Below are positions 1 through 8,296 of a stretch of 30,109 bases of DNA, piece by piece (positions within the stretch are counted from its first letter, which is position 1; each line of letters starts with the position of its first letter). Both the position numbers and the translations under genes were made by a program. The stretch is taken from the NCBI GenBank assembly GCA_035406305.1, contig DAONKS010000006.1, positions 1-30,109 of the forward strand, read 5' to 3'. The notes below the pieces were generated by a model, which searched no databases, had not been told where the DNA came from, and saw nothing but the letters and a program-made list of their open reading frames with translations. This DNA comes from a bacterium. GTDB taxonomy: Bacteria > Ratteibacteria > UBA8468 > B48-G9 > JAFGKM01.

Positions 1-1
1 C

Positions 2-244
2 TCTTCGCCCAATATGGAGAGACAATATACTACTGTTATAGATGTGCTTAAATTGCTATCCTGTGAAGATAAACCAAAGATTGATGTGTATAACAAAATA
101 GACCTGTTAAATCAAGAAGACCTGCATATACTTAAAAACAGATATTCCGATGCCATCTTTATCTCTGCATACAAAGGTGAAGGCCTTGATGTCTTAAAAG
201 AAAAAATAAAAGAGGTTCTCTATGGAAATCCAGTTAGGATATAA
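2..244 (+). CDS. hflX: GTPase HflX, C-terminal part (5'-truncated by window edge)
   Basis: Frame is open from position 2 (SSPNMERQYTTVIDVLKLL...). G4-like VYNKIDLL and G5-like ISAYKGEG motifs match the HflX G-domain C-terminus. The ORF-track ATG at 14 is internal. Confidence 0.8.
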   Translation, partial: SSPNMERQYTTVIDVLKLLSCEDKPKIDVYNKIDLLNQEDLHILKNRYSDAIFISAYKGEGLDVLKEKIKEVLYGNPVRI

Positions 245-1244
245 TGATGCAAAAAAGGTGTCAGAGATAGTTGAAGTTTTAGAAAAGGAAAGATTTTTTT
301 TACTTACTACCCATCGGAATATAGACGGAGATGCCATAGGAAGTGAAATTGCACTATACAGTGCGTTAAAAAGAGCAGGAAAAGAAGCAGTTATTGTAAA
401 TCATGATGGCATCCCTCTAATATACAGGTTTTTACCTTATACAAAAAAGGTTCATATCTGCACTTCTGAGCTTTCCTTGACTCCCGATGTCGCAATAGTA
501 ATTGACTGCGGTTCTTCTGATAGGACGGGTAATGTTTTTAAACTTGTGAAAAAGGCAAAAATAGTTGTAAATATAGACCATCATTTTTCCAATCCGGGAT
601 TTGCAAATATCAACTGGATTAATCATAATTTTTCTGCCACAGGAGAGATGGTTTACTTTTTAATTTCACACTTCAGCGGAAATATTTCAAAGAAAGAGGC
701 AGAATGCCTTTATACCGCTATACTGACAGATACAGGAAGTTTTATCTATAATATCAGGCCTTTTACTATGGGTGTTGTTCAGGACTTAATAAATAAAGGG
801 ATTACCCCTGAAAAAATAGCAAAGAAGGTCTATTTAGAAAGACCTTTAAGGTCTATCAAACTACTCTCTCTAGCACTTGGAAATCTGAAGTTTGAAAGAG
901 AAAGGAAGGTCTGCTGGATGAAAATAAGCAGGGATATGTACAGAAAGACAAGAACAAAAGAGGAAGACACTGAGGGATTTATTGATTTACTGGTAAAGAT
1001 AAAAGAGGCAAATATAGTATTTCTGATTAAAGAGGCGCATAATAATGTAGTAAAGGTCAGTTTAAGAAGTAAAGGAAGATTTGATGTTGAAAGTATTGCT
1101 TCAAAATTTGGTGGAGGAGGACATAAAAAAGCAGCAGGTTTTTATTTTACAGGTACATCACTGGATGAGGTGGAGCAAAAAATACTTAGAGAAATAGATA
1201 AAACAAATTCTAATAGAAAATATGGATGGAATAATCCCCGTTAA
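222..1244 (+). CDS. nrnA: DHH/DHHA1 bifunctional oligoribonuclease/PAP phosphatase (NrnA-like)
   Basis: Motifs THRNIDGDAIGS, DCG, IDHH, DTGSF, SLRS and GGGGHKKAAG. Lies upstream of truB as is usual for this family. Confidence 0.9.
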   Translation: MEIQLGYNDAKKVSEIVEVLEKERFFLLTTHRNIDGDAIGSEIALYSALKRAGKEAVIVNHDGIPLIYRFLPYTKKVHICTSELSLTPDVAIVIDCGSSDRTGNVFKLVKKAKIVVNIDHHFSNPGFANINWINHNFSATGEMVYFLISHFSGNISKKEAECLYTAILTDTGSFIYNIRPFTMGVVQDLINKGITPEKIAKKVYLERPLRSIKLLSLALGNLKFERERKVCWMKISRDMYRKTRTKEEDTEGFIDLLVKIKEANIVFLIKEAHNNVVKVSLRSKGRFDVESIASKFGGGGHKKAAGFYFTGTSLDEVEQKILREIDKTNSNRKYGWNNPR

Positions 1245-1905
1245 TAAACCAGCAGGTATTACTTCTTATGATGTAATACGCTTTATAAAGAGAACTTTCA
1301 GATTAAAAGAGAAGATAGGACATGCGGGGACACTTGACCCTCTTGCTTCAGGAGTTCTTATTATCTGTATAGGAAAAGCCACCAGAATGAGTACCATTTT
1401 TATGGATATGGAAAAAGAATATGAAGCAAAAATACTGCTTGGTATGATAACAGATACAGATGACATAAAAGGTAAAGTTATGGAACAAAGAGAGGTAAGA
1501 GTTAGTGAAGATGATGTGATAAAAGTTATAAAAGAATTTGAAGGAGAAATTGAACAGATACCTCCAGTTGTTTCTGCGATAAAAAAGAAAGGGACTCCTT
1601 TATACAAATTACACAGGAAAGGAATTGCCGTATCTCCTCCGCCGAGAAAAGTCCTTATTAAGCGAATTGAGATAATGGGTATGCCTCTCCCTTATGTGGA
1701 TTTGCGGGTTGTATGCTCAAAGGGTACTTATATAAGGTCATTATGCAGGGATATTGGCAATAAACTTGGCTGTGGAGGGACTCAGGTTGCTTTAAAAAGG
1801 ACAAGGGTAGGAGATTTTAAAATAGAAGAGGCCGCCACACTTGAAGCAATAGAAAAAAACGGGATGGAAAGGTATCTTATTCCAGTAAAAAAGGGTGTTT
1901 TATGA
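1222..1905 (+). CDS. truB: tRNA pseudouridine(55) synthase TruB (short form)
   Basis: NKPAGITSYDV, GHAGTLDPLASGVL (catalytic Asp) and SKGTYIRSLCRDIG. Confidence 0.97.
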   Translation: MDGIIPVNKPAGITSYDVIRFIKRTFRLKEKIGHAGTLDPLASGVLIICIGKATRMSTIFMDMEKEYEAKILLGMITDTDDIKGKVMEQREVRVSEDDVIKVIKEFEGEIEQIPPVVSAIKKKGTPLYKLHRKGIAVSPPPRKVLIKRIEIMGMPLPYVDLRVVCSKGTYIRSLCRDIGNKLGCGGTQVALKRTRVGDFKIEEAATLEAIEKNGMERYLIPVKKGVL

Positions 1906-3263
1906 GTGATAGAATAAAAAATGAATTGCAGATAAGTGTTTCAGGGATAAGAGGAATATACCCTGATTTTCTTACATCAGAAATCGTCTTTAATTTTGGA
2001 GTTGTCTTCGGGAGTTATATCAGGGCTAAAAAAGTTTTTGTTTGCTCTGATACAAGAAGCAGTGGGAAATCATTGAAGGACTCAATGATAACAGGACTTC
2101 TTTGTACAGGAAAAGATGTGGTTGACCTTGGAATTGCAGCCACCCCGGAGATGGGTTATATAATAGAAAAAGAGGAAAGGGGAGAGGCAGCAGGGGTTGT
2201 TATTACAGCCAGTCATAATCCACAGGAATACAACGGAATAAAATTTTTTTCTGAAAAAGGTACTTTTTTGAATGCGGAAGAGATGAAAAGAATGCTTGAT
2301 ATTTATTATAGAAGGGCGTTTACCATATCCAGAGAGCCGGGATTCCTTTCTTCTATGGAATATACTGATAGATATTTCAATAATATATACAGAGCGGTAG
2401 ATATTGCAAGGATAACGAGGGAAAAATTTAAGGTTGTTGTTGATGTATGCCAGGGGGTTGGAACAGTTTTTACAGAAAAATTTCTGAAAGAACTTGGGTG
2501 TGATGTACTCCTGATAAATAAAGAACCTCCTGGTATCTTTGCACATAATCCTGAACCACTCCCGGAAAACCTTGTCACGCTTTCTAAAACAGTAATAAAA
2601 GAAAAGGCAGATATTGGATTTGCGCAGGACCCTGACTGTGACCGACTGGCTATTGTCTGTGAAGATGGAAATATTCCTGGAGAAGAAATGGTTGTTGTCC
2701 TTGCTGTCAGAGATATACTTGAATACCACAAAAAAGGAAATATAGTGGTTAACCTGTCTACAACAGCCCTTATAGAAGATATTGCCAGAAGTTCAGGTGT
2801 CTCAGTTTACAGAACGAAAATAGGAGAGGTAAATGTTGTGGAGAAGATGAAAGAAACAGGTGCTGTTATAGGTGGGGAAGGAAACGGGGGTGTTATATTT
2901 CCCGATGTTCACTATGGAAGAGACAGTTTTGTTGGTATGGCTTTAATTTTAGAATATTTAGCATATAGAGGAGTGAGGATATCTGAGATAATAAATGAAA
3001 TGCCAGAATATTTTATGGTAAAGAAAAAGGTTGGTATTTCTGACAGGAAAAAGGTAGAAGAAATAATGGAAAAGGTTAAATATAAGGTATCAGGAAAAGA
3101 AAAGGTCAATCAGGAAGATGGAATAAAAATAATAAGAACGGATGGGTGGATTCATATAAGACCATCAGGGACAGAACCTGTTATAAGGATTTATATTGAA
3201 GCAAAAAGTAAGGATATTGCAGAAAAATATCTCGCGGAATTTATTTCTTTGTTTTCTGGTTAG
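1902..3263 (+). CDS. glmM: alpha-D-phosphohexomutase (phosphoglucosamine mutase / phosphomannomutase family)
   Basis: SVSGIRG, TASHNP (phosphoserine loop), DPDCDR (metal loop), GGEGNGG and RPSGTEP. The family call is secure; GlmM versus PMM/PGM substrate is not. Confidence 0.8.
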   Translation: MSDRIKNELQISVSGIRGIYPDFLTSEIVFNFGVVFGSYIRAKKVFVCSDTRSSGKSLKDSMITGLLCTGKDVVDLGIAATPEMGYIIEKEERGEAAGVVITASHNPQEYNGIKFFSEKGTFLNAEEMKRMLDIYYRRAFTISREPGFLSSMEYTDRYFNNIYRAVDIARITREKFKVVVDVCQGVGTVFTEKFLKELGCDVLLINKEPPGIFAHNPEPLPENLVTLSKTVIKEKADIGFAQDPDCDRLAIVCEDGNIPGEEMVVVLAVRDILEYHKKGNIVVNLSTTALIEDIARSSGVSVYRTKIGEVNVVEKMKETGAVIGGEGNGGVIFPDVHYGRDSFVGMALILEYLAYRGVRISEIINEMPEYFMVKKKVGISDRKKVEEIMEKVKYKVSGKEKVNQEDGIKIIRTDGWIHIRPSGTEPVIRIYIEAKSKDIAEKYLAEFISLFSG

Positions 3264-3900
3264 TCCTTTTTTTATAAAATTCATCTATACATCTTACCGC
3301 TTCTTTCGGCTCTTCAACAATTTTAAAAAGGCGCATATCCTTACGGTCTATATATCCACTGTCTACAAGGGCATTTTCCATCCATTTAATCAACCCTTTC
3401 CAGTAAGCCATTCCTATAAGGATTACAGGAAACTTATGAATCCTCTCTGTCTGAATAAGTTCTATTGTTTCTGTAAACTCATCCAGAGTTCCGAAACCCC
3501 CGGGAAAAATAATAAAACCCTTAGCATATTTTACAAACATTACCTTCCTGGTAAAAAAATATCTGCATGATATTAGTGTTTTTATGTAGGGATTGGGCTT
3601 CTGTTCATGTGGCAATTCAATATTTATTCCTATTGATTCACCCTTTCCAAGTGTAGCACCTAAATTTGCTGCTTCCATAATGCCAGGGCCACCACCTGTA
3701 ATAACAGTATAGCCCTTTTCCGCGAGTAATTTTCCTGTTTCAACCGCTTTTCTATAAAGTACATCATCTTTTTTTATCCTTGCAGAACCCCATACAGTCA
3801 CAGCATTTTTAACCTTTTCAAGTGTCTCAAAGCCATCTACGAATTCCGACATTATCCTGAATATTCTCCACGCATCAGATTCATATCCCTTCCTTTCCAT
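3241..3900 (-). CDS. LOG-family (TIGR00730-like) nucleotide phosphoribohydrolase / Rossmann-fold protein
   Basis: TGGGPGIMEAANLGA, RKVMFVK and PGGFGTLDE motifs. Start moved to ATG 3900, which has AGGAGG upstream (ORF track starts at 3921). Confidence 0.9.
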   Translation of the reverse strand: MERKGYESDAWRIFRIMSEFVDGFETLEKVKNAVTVWGSARIKKDDVLYRKAVETGKLLAEKGYTVITGGGPGIMEAANLGATLGKGESIGINIELPHEQKPNPYIKTLISCRYFFTRKVMFVKYAKGFIIFPGGFGTLDEFTETIELIQTERIHKFPVILIGMAYWKGLIKWMENALVDSGYIDRKDMRLFKIVEEPKEAVRCIDEFYKKRTNQKTKK

Positions 3901-5185
3901 CTTCCCTCCTGGATTCATCAACAGGTTCCACTATCAGTACAAGTCCATCATATCGTCTGACAACCACTTCTTTACCCTCATGGACTTCTCCCGATATGCT
4001 TCTTGCCTTCCAGTATTCTCCCTGAATAAAAATAAGCCCTTCCGGTTTAAGAGATTTTACTACTCTTCCTTTTTCTCCCATCAGTGCTTCTCTTCCTGTG
4101 GCAACCTTTCTTTTTCTTGTTTTCAACATAAACCATACAGCAAATCCAAGTATAAGAGATACAAATACTGTCAGTCCTGTTATTATAAAAACAGATACAC
4201 CCGGTTCCCCCTCCGGTCTGAAAAGGAAAAAAGAGCCGAGAAATAGTGTTACTGCTCCTGATATTATAAACAATCCGAAGGTAGGAGTTACTGCCTCTAT
4301 AGCAAAGAGTATAAAACTTACAGCAATAAGTAATAATCCTGTCATATTAATAGAAAGTGTATGAAGTGCAAAAAATGCAAGGATAAGGGAAACAGTACCC
4401 ACAATTCCAGGGATACCAAAACCCGGGTGATACAGTTCAATTAATATACCCAGCATTCCTATTGTCAATAACAGATAAGCAATCGTGGGGTCAGAAATAA
4501 GCTTAAGAATTCGTTCCTTAAATGTTTCTTCTGGTGTTAATAATGAAATACCAGTGGTAGATAATACCTTCTCGGTTTCAACAGCACCGGTAATCTTTAT
4601 AGTTCTTCCATTAATGGCGGATAGGAGTTCATCTATATCAGCAGCAATGATATCTATAATATTATTTTTAAGTGCATCGTCTGCTGTGGACGATATACTT
4701 TCTCTTACAGTCCTTTCTGCCCACTCAATGTTTCTACCCCTGTAGGCAGCAATACTTTTTATAAAACTCACCGTGTCATTAACAACTTTCTCTTCCATTT
4801 TTGCTTCCTGTTGCCCTGTAAGAGTTACAGGGTGGGCAGCACCTATATTCGTTGCAGGAGCCATAGCAACAATATGACAGGAAAGGGCTATAAAAACTCC
4901 AGCTGATGCGCACTGGGCACCTTTTGGATAAACATAAGCAACAACAGGGACTTTTGAGGAGAGTATCTCCTGAACTATCTTCCTGGTAGAAGAAAGTAAA
5001 CCCCCGGGTGTGTCAATTACCAGTAATACAAATTCTGAATTATTCCTTTCAGCGAGTTTGATGATATTTTTTACCTGATAGTAGGTAATTGGTCCTATAG
5101 CGCCATCTATATCCAGCCGATAGGCAACACTCTCTGCCGATAAAAAACCGACCATACAGAAAAAGAATAAAAGTAATCTTTTCAT
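3881..5185 (-). CDS. nfeD: NfeD long form: signal peptide, ClpP-like serine protease domain, membrane helices, C-terminal OB fold
   Basis: DTPGG, CASAG (catalytic Ser), NIGAAHPV and EKVVND (Lys); several TM helices; GREALMGEKGRV...GEYWKA tail. Start moved to MKRLLLF at 5185. Confidence 0.92.
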   Translation of the reverse strand: MKRLLLFFFCMVGFLSAESVAYRLDIDGAIGPITYYQVKNIIKLAERNNSEFVLLVIDTPGGLLSSTRKIVQEILSSKVPVVAYVYPKGAQCASAGVFIALSCHIVAMAPATNIGAAHPVTLTGQQEAKMEEKVVNDTVSFIKSIAAYRGRNIEWAERTVRESISSTADDALKNNIIDIIAADIDELLSAINGRTIKITGAVETEKVLSTTGISLLTPEETFKERILKLISDPTIAYLLLTIGMLGILIELYHPGFGIPGIVGTVSLILAFFALHTLSINMTGLLLIAVSFILFAIEAVTPTFGLFIISGAVTLFLGSFFLFRPEGEPGVSVFIITGLTVFVSLILGFAVWFMLKTRKRKVATGREALMGEKGRVVKSLKPEGLIFIQGEYWKARSISGEVHEGKEVVVRRYDGLVLIVEPVDESRREDGKEGI

Positions 5186-5194
5186 AGTTTTATA

Positions 5195-5203
5195 ATAATA
5201 CCA
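5195..5203 (-). promoter_or_regulatory. Putative extended -10 promoter (TG-G-TATTAT) for nfeD, 9 nt before the ATG, no SD
   Basis: Minus strand reads tgTGgTATTATtataaaactATG. Confidence 0.45.
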
Positions 5204-5228
5204 CATATTTTATGAAATGTAATCCTTT

Positions 5229-5273
5229 TTGACAGATGGCAAACTATAATAGTAAAATTTAAACTGATGGAGG
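5229..5273 (+). promoter_or_regulatory. sigma70-type promoter and SD for cimA
   Basis: TTGACA (5229-5234), 18-nt spacer, TAAAAT (5253-5258); GGAGG (5269-5273) 7 nt before ATG 5281. Confidence 0.65.
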
Positions 5274-5280
5274 ACTAAAT

Positions 5281-6840
5281 ATGAAAAAAATAGAGATATA
5301 TGATACGACACTTCGCGATGGTGCACAGGGAGAATCCATTTCGTTTACCCTTGCTGATAAATTAAGAATTACTGAAAAACTGGATGAGTTCGGTATTGAT
5401 TTTGTTGAGGGTGGCTGGCCCGGTTCTAATCCAAAAGATATTACATTTTTCAAAAGAGTAAGGCACAAAAAATTCAAAAACATAAAAATTGTTGCTTTTG
5501 GCAGTACCAGAAGAAAAAACCTTTCTGCAGACAAAGACCCCTTCCTTAAGCAATTGCTTGAAAGTGAGACAGAATATATCACTATATTCGGTAAATCATG
5601 GGACCTGCACGTAATGGATGTTTTAAAAGTATCACTGGATGAAAATCTCAAAATGATAGAGGACTCTGTGAAATTTCTTAAATCAGAAGGGAGAAAAGTT
5701 TTTTTTGATGCCGAACATTTTTTTGATGGATATAAAAGAAATCCTGAATATGCTCTGAAAACTCTTATAGTTGCTGAAAGCGCAGGTGCAGATAAAATAG
5801 TCCTCTGTGATACAAATGGCGGTTCATTACCATTTGAAATAGAAGAGATAGTAAAAACTGTTACGGAAAAAGTTAAAACTTCGCTTGGTATCCACGCCCA
5901 TAATGATTCAGGAGTTGGTGTGGCAAACTCTATCGCAGCTGTGAGAATGGGCGCAAAACATATCCAGGGAACAATGAACGGCATAGGAGAACGTTGCGGA
6001 AATGCTGACCTTGCTGTAATCATTCCAATTCTACAATTAAAAATGGGATACAGTTGTGTTAATGAAGATAAACTTGTTTATCTCACAGAAGTATCTCGTT
6101 TTATATATGAAGTCGCCAATATAATTCCCCCTAATTCCCAGCCATTTGTGGGAATGAGTGCATTCGCACATAAAGGTGGAGTACACGTAGATGCTGTTAA
6201 TAAAAATCCTGAAACATATGAACATATAGACCCTGCAAAGGTTGGAAATGAAAGAAGAATCCTTCTTTCAGAACTTTCAGGGAAAAGCACAATACTTCAG
6301 AAAACCAGAATGTATAATCTTGACGGGAAACCTGAATTTATCAAAAAAATCCTTGACAAAGTAGTAAATCTTGAAAATGAAGGATACCAGTTTGAGGCCG
6401 CGGATGCTTCTTTTGATATTATGGTGAAAAAAACAGTCGGTGAGTACAAAAAACTTTTCACTGTGGAAGGATTCAGGGTTATCGTGGAAAAGCGTGGTAA
6501 TAAAGTCGTTTCAGAAGCCACTGTGAAGGTTAGAGTTGACAGGTATATTGAACATACTGCCAGCGAAGGGAACGGCCCTGTCAATGCACTTGATAATGCA
6601 TTAAGAAAAGCGCTTGTGAAGTTCTACCCTGAAATTGAAAAGGTAAAACTCACTGACTACAGAGTGAGAATACTGCATCCGGAAGATGCAACTGCAGCGG
6701 TAACAAGAGTCATCATAGAAAGTGCAGACGAAACTGGTTCATGGGGAACAATAGGTGTTTCAGAAAATATCATTGAGGCGTCATTACTGGCATTGCTTGA
6801 TAGTATTGAATATAAATTACACAAAACAAGAGTAAAGTAG
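5281..6840 (+). CDS. cimA: Citramalate synthase CimA (bacterial TIGR00977-like DRE-TIM enzyme)
   Basis: [45 protein letters not shown] and AHKGGVH; C-terminal LeuA-type regulatory domain ([17 protein letters not shown]). Confidence 0.92.
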   Translation: MKKIEIYDTTLRDGAQGESISFTLADKLRITEKLDEFGIDFVEGGWPGSNPKDITFFKRVRHKKFKNIKIVAFGSTRRKNLSADKDPFLKQLLESETEYITIFGKSWDLHVMDVLKVSLDENLKMIEDSVKFLKSEGRKVFFDAEHFFDGYKRNPEYALKTLIVAESAGADKIVLCDTNGGSLPFEIEEIVKTVTEKVKTSLGIHAHNDSGVGVANSIAAVRMGAKHIQGTMNGIGERCGNADLAVIIPILQLKMGYSCVNEDKLVYLTEVSRFIYEVANIIPPNSQPFVGMSAFAHKGGVHVDAVNKNPETYEHIDPAKVGNERRILLSELSGKSTILQKTRMYNLDGKPEFIKKILDKVVNLENEGYQFEAADASFDIMVKKTVGEYKKLFTVEGFRVIVEKRGNKVVSEATVKVRVDRYIEHTASEGNGPVNALDNALRKALVKFYPEIEKVKLTDYRVRILHPEDATAAVTRVIIESADETGSWGTIGVSENIIEASLLALLDSIEYKLHKTRVK

Positions 6841-6867
6841 AAAATAGTCAGGTTTAAGTTTTTACTT

Positions 6868-7440
6868 TTAATTTTGCGGTTTCAAAAACAGATTACATTC
6901 TTTTTTTACTTCTTCAAAATATTCTGTATAAAACCCTGCAAGTTCAGGTGAATCTATAATCACGGATGTCTCGTTATTCTTTTCCATTGCTGAATAGGAC
7001 CAGTTTGTACTACCTATTACTACATACCTTCTGTCTATTATTAACAATTTTGAATGGGTGGTTATGTCCGGCGGTGAGAAATATACAGATATACCATTGT
7101 TAGAAAGATATCTTGCTGTTTTTAGATTTTCCACTGTTGAGTGTGAAGAATAATCCTTATCTGATTGATTAAAGATTACTTCCACTCTAACTCCTCTTTG
7201 CTTTGCTACTATCAGTTCTCGTATAAAAAGGTTTGTCGGGCTATCGGGATATTCAGGATAATAACTTGCAAGAAACATAATTATAAATATGGATTTTTTT
7301 GCCTCTTTTAATCTGGGAAGAAGTAATTTCTGATACTCTCTGTTATTCGCTGGAAAAACCCTTCCTTCATAAATATTCGAAGAGATTAAAAAAGTAGCGC
7401 AAACGCAAAAAATAAATGTAAAAAATATCAGTTTACGCAT
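6868..7440 (-). CDS. Exported single-HKD phospholipase D superfamily protein (Nuc-like)
   Basis: One HxK(x4)D(x6)GSxN motif (HSKLLIIDRRYVVIGSTNWS) and a hydrophobic N-terminus MRKLIFFTFIFCVCATFLISS. Confidence 0.85.
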   Translation of the reverse strand: MRKLIFFTFIFCVCATFLISSNIYEGRVFPANNREYQKLLLPRLKEAKKSIFIIMFLASYYPEYPDSPTNLFIRELIVAKQRGVRVEVIFNQSDKDYSSHSTVENLKTARYLSNNGISVYFSPPDITTHSKLLIIDRRYVVIGSTNWSYSAMEKNNETSVIIDSPELAGFYTEYFEEVKKECNLFLKPQN

Positions 7441-8296
7441 TCTGTCTCTCCTGAAATTTTTTTACAAGTGCCCGTATATCAAGTTTACCCTGATACAGCG
7501 CTTTTCCTATGATAACCCCATCTGGCTTATACTTCATATGTTGAAATACTTCTATATCTGCTTCTGTTGTAATTCCTCCTGATGTAATAATCTCATAAGG
7601 TTTTTCAGTAAAGTTATATATTTTCTTAAAGATATTCTCCACGGAAGTTATATCTATTCCATTAAGTGTTCCATCCCGTTCTACATTGGTAATAATAAAT
7701 CTTTTAAATCCTTTCTTTAATAATTTTTCTATCACATAATGAGGAGTAAGAGGAATGGTGACTTCCCATCCACTCAGGGCTATCTCATCCTTACGGTAGT
7801 CAACAGAAATTATTACTTTTTCTTTCAATGTGTATTCTATCCTGTCAATAAGGTCAACTTCTGGAATTTCTTTCTCTTCATCAAATGTCTTGCCAGCCTG
7901 CTGATAAAAAAGTTTGATATCATTTTTCAAAAATCCTTCTTCCAGAGCAATGGGTATTAAGATAGATGTTCCCATTATTATGTAATCAACACCCTCTTCA
8001 ATAAAGGATTTTATCTGGGAATATCTCCTCAATCCCCCGCCTATCTGTATTTTACAGGTATTGTCATAAATATCTCTCGTTCTTATTATCTGGCTCAGTA
8101 CAACTTTTTCTTCTGACAACCACCCTGTATGGGCGCCCCACAAAAACACAATATGTAACCGCTTCACGCCAGCAGTAAGAAATTTACGTGCAACCTCAAC
8201 GGGTTTTACATTATACCGGGATACTCTGTCAAAATTCCCTTTATATAACCGTACAACCTCATTTCTTTTCAGGTCTATTGCGGGGATTATAAGCAT
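7433..8296 (-). CDS. hisA: HisA-like ProFAR isomerase (atypical, with insertion)
   Basis: IIPAIDL, VVRLYKG, QIGGGLR, SVD..SGW, RDGTLNG, SGGI and IIGKALY. Start moved to ATG 8296 (AGGA upstream); ORF-track start 8302 is TTG. Confidence 0.8.
   Translation of the reverse strand: MLIIPAIDLKRNEVVRLYKGNFDRVSRYNVKPVEVARKFLTAGVKRLHIVFLWGAHTGWLSEEKVVLSQIIRTRDIYDNTCKIQIGGGLRRYSQIKSFIEEGVDYIIMGTSILIPIALEEGFLKNDIKLFYQQAGKTFDEEKEIPEVDLIDRIEYTLKEKVIISVDYRKDEIALSGWEVTIPLTPHYVIEKLLKKGFKRFIITNVERDGTLNGIDITSVENIFKKIYNFTEKPYEIITSGGITTEADIEVFQHMKYKPDGVIIGKALYQGKLDIRALVKKFQERQNA

Noticed and set aside
1222-1905. Short TruB as a possible pseudogene
   Set aside because: Catalytic motifs are intact, the frame ends in a coupled overlap with the next gene, and short TruBs lacking the C-terminal domain are common.
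5259-6023. 254-aa antisense ORF opposite cimA
   Set aside because: Shadow of the cimA frame, with no recognisable motif or SD.
6851-6868. GTTTAAG TTTTTAC-like units between cimA and the PLD gene
   Set aside because: Only about two degenerate units, expected by chance in AT-rich DNA.
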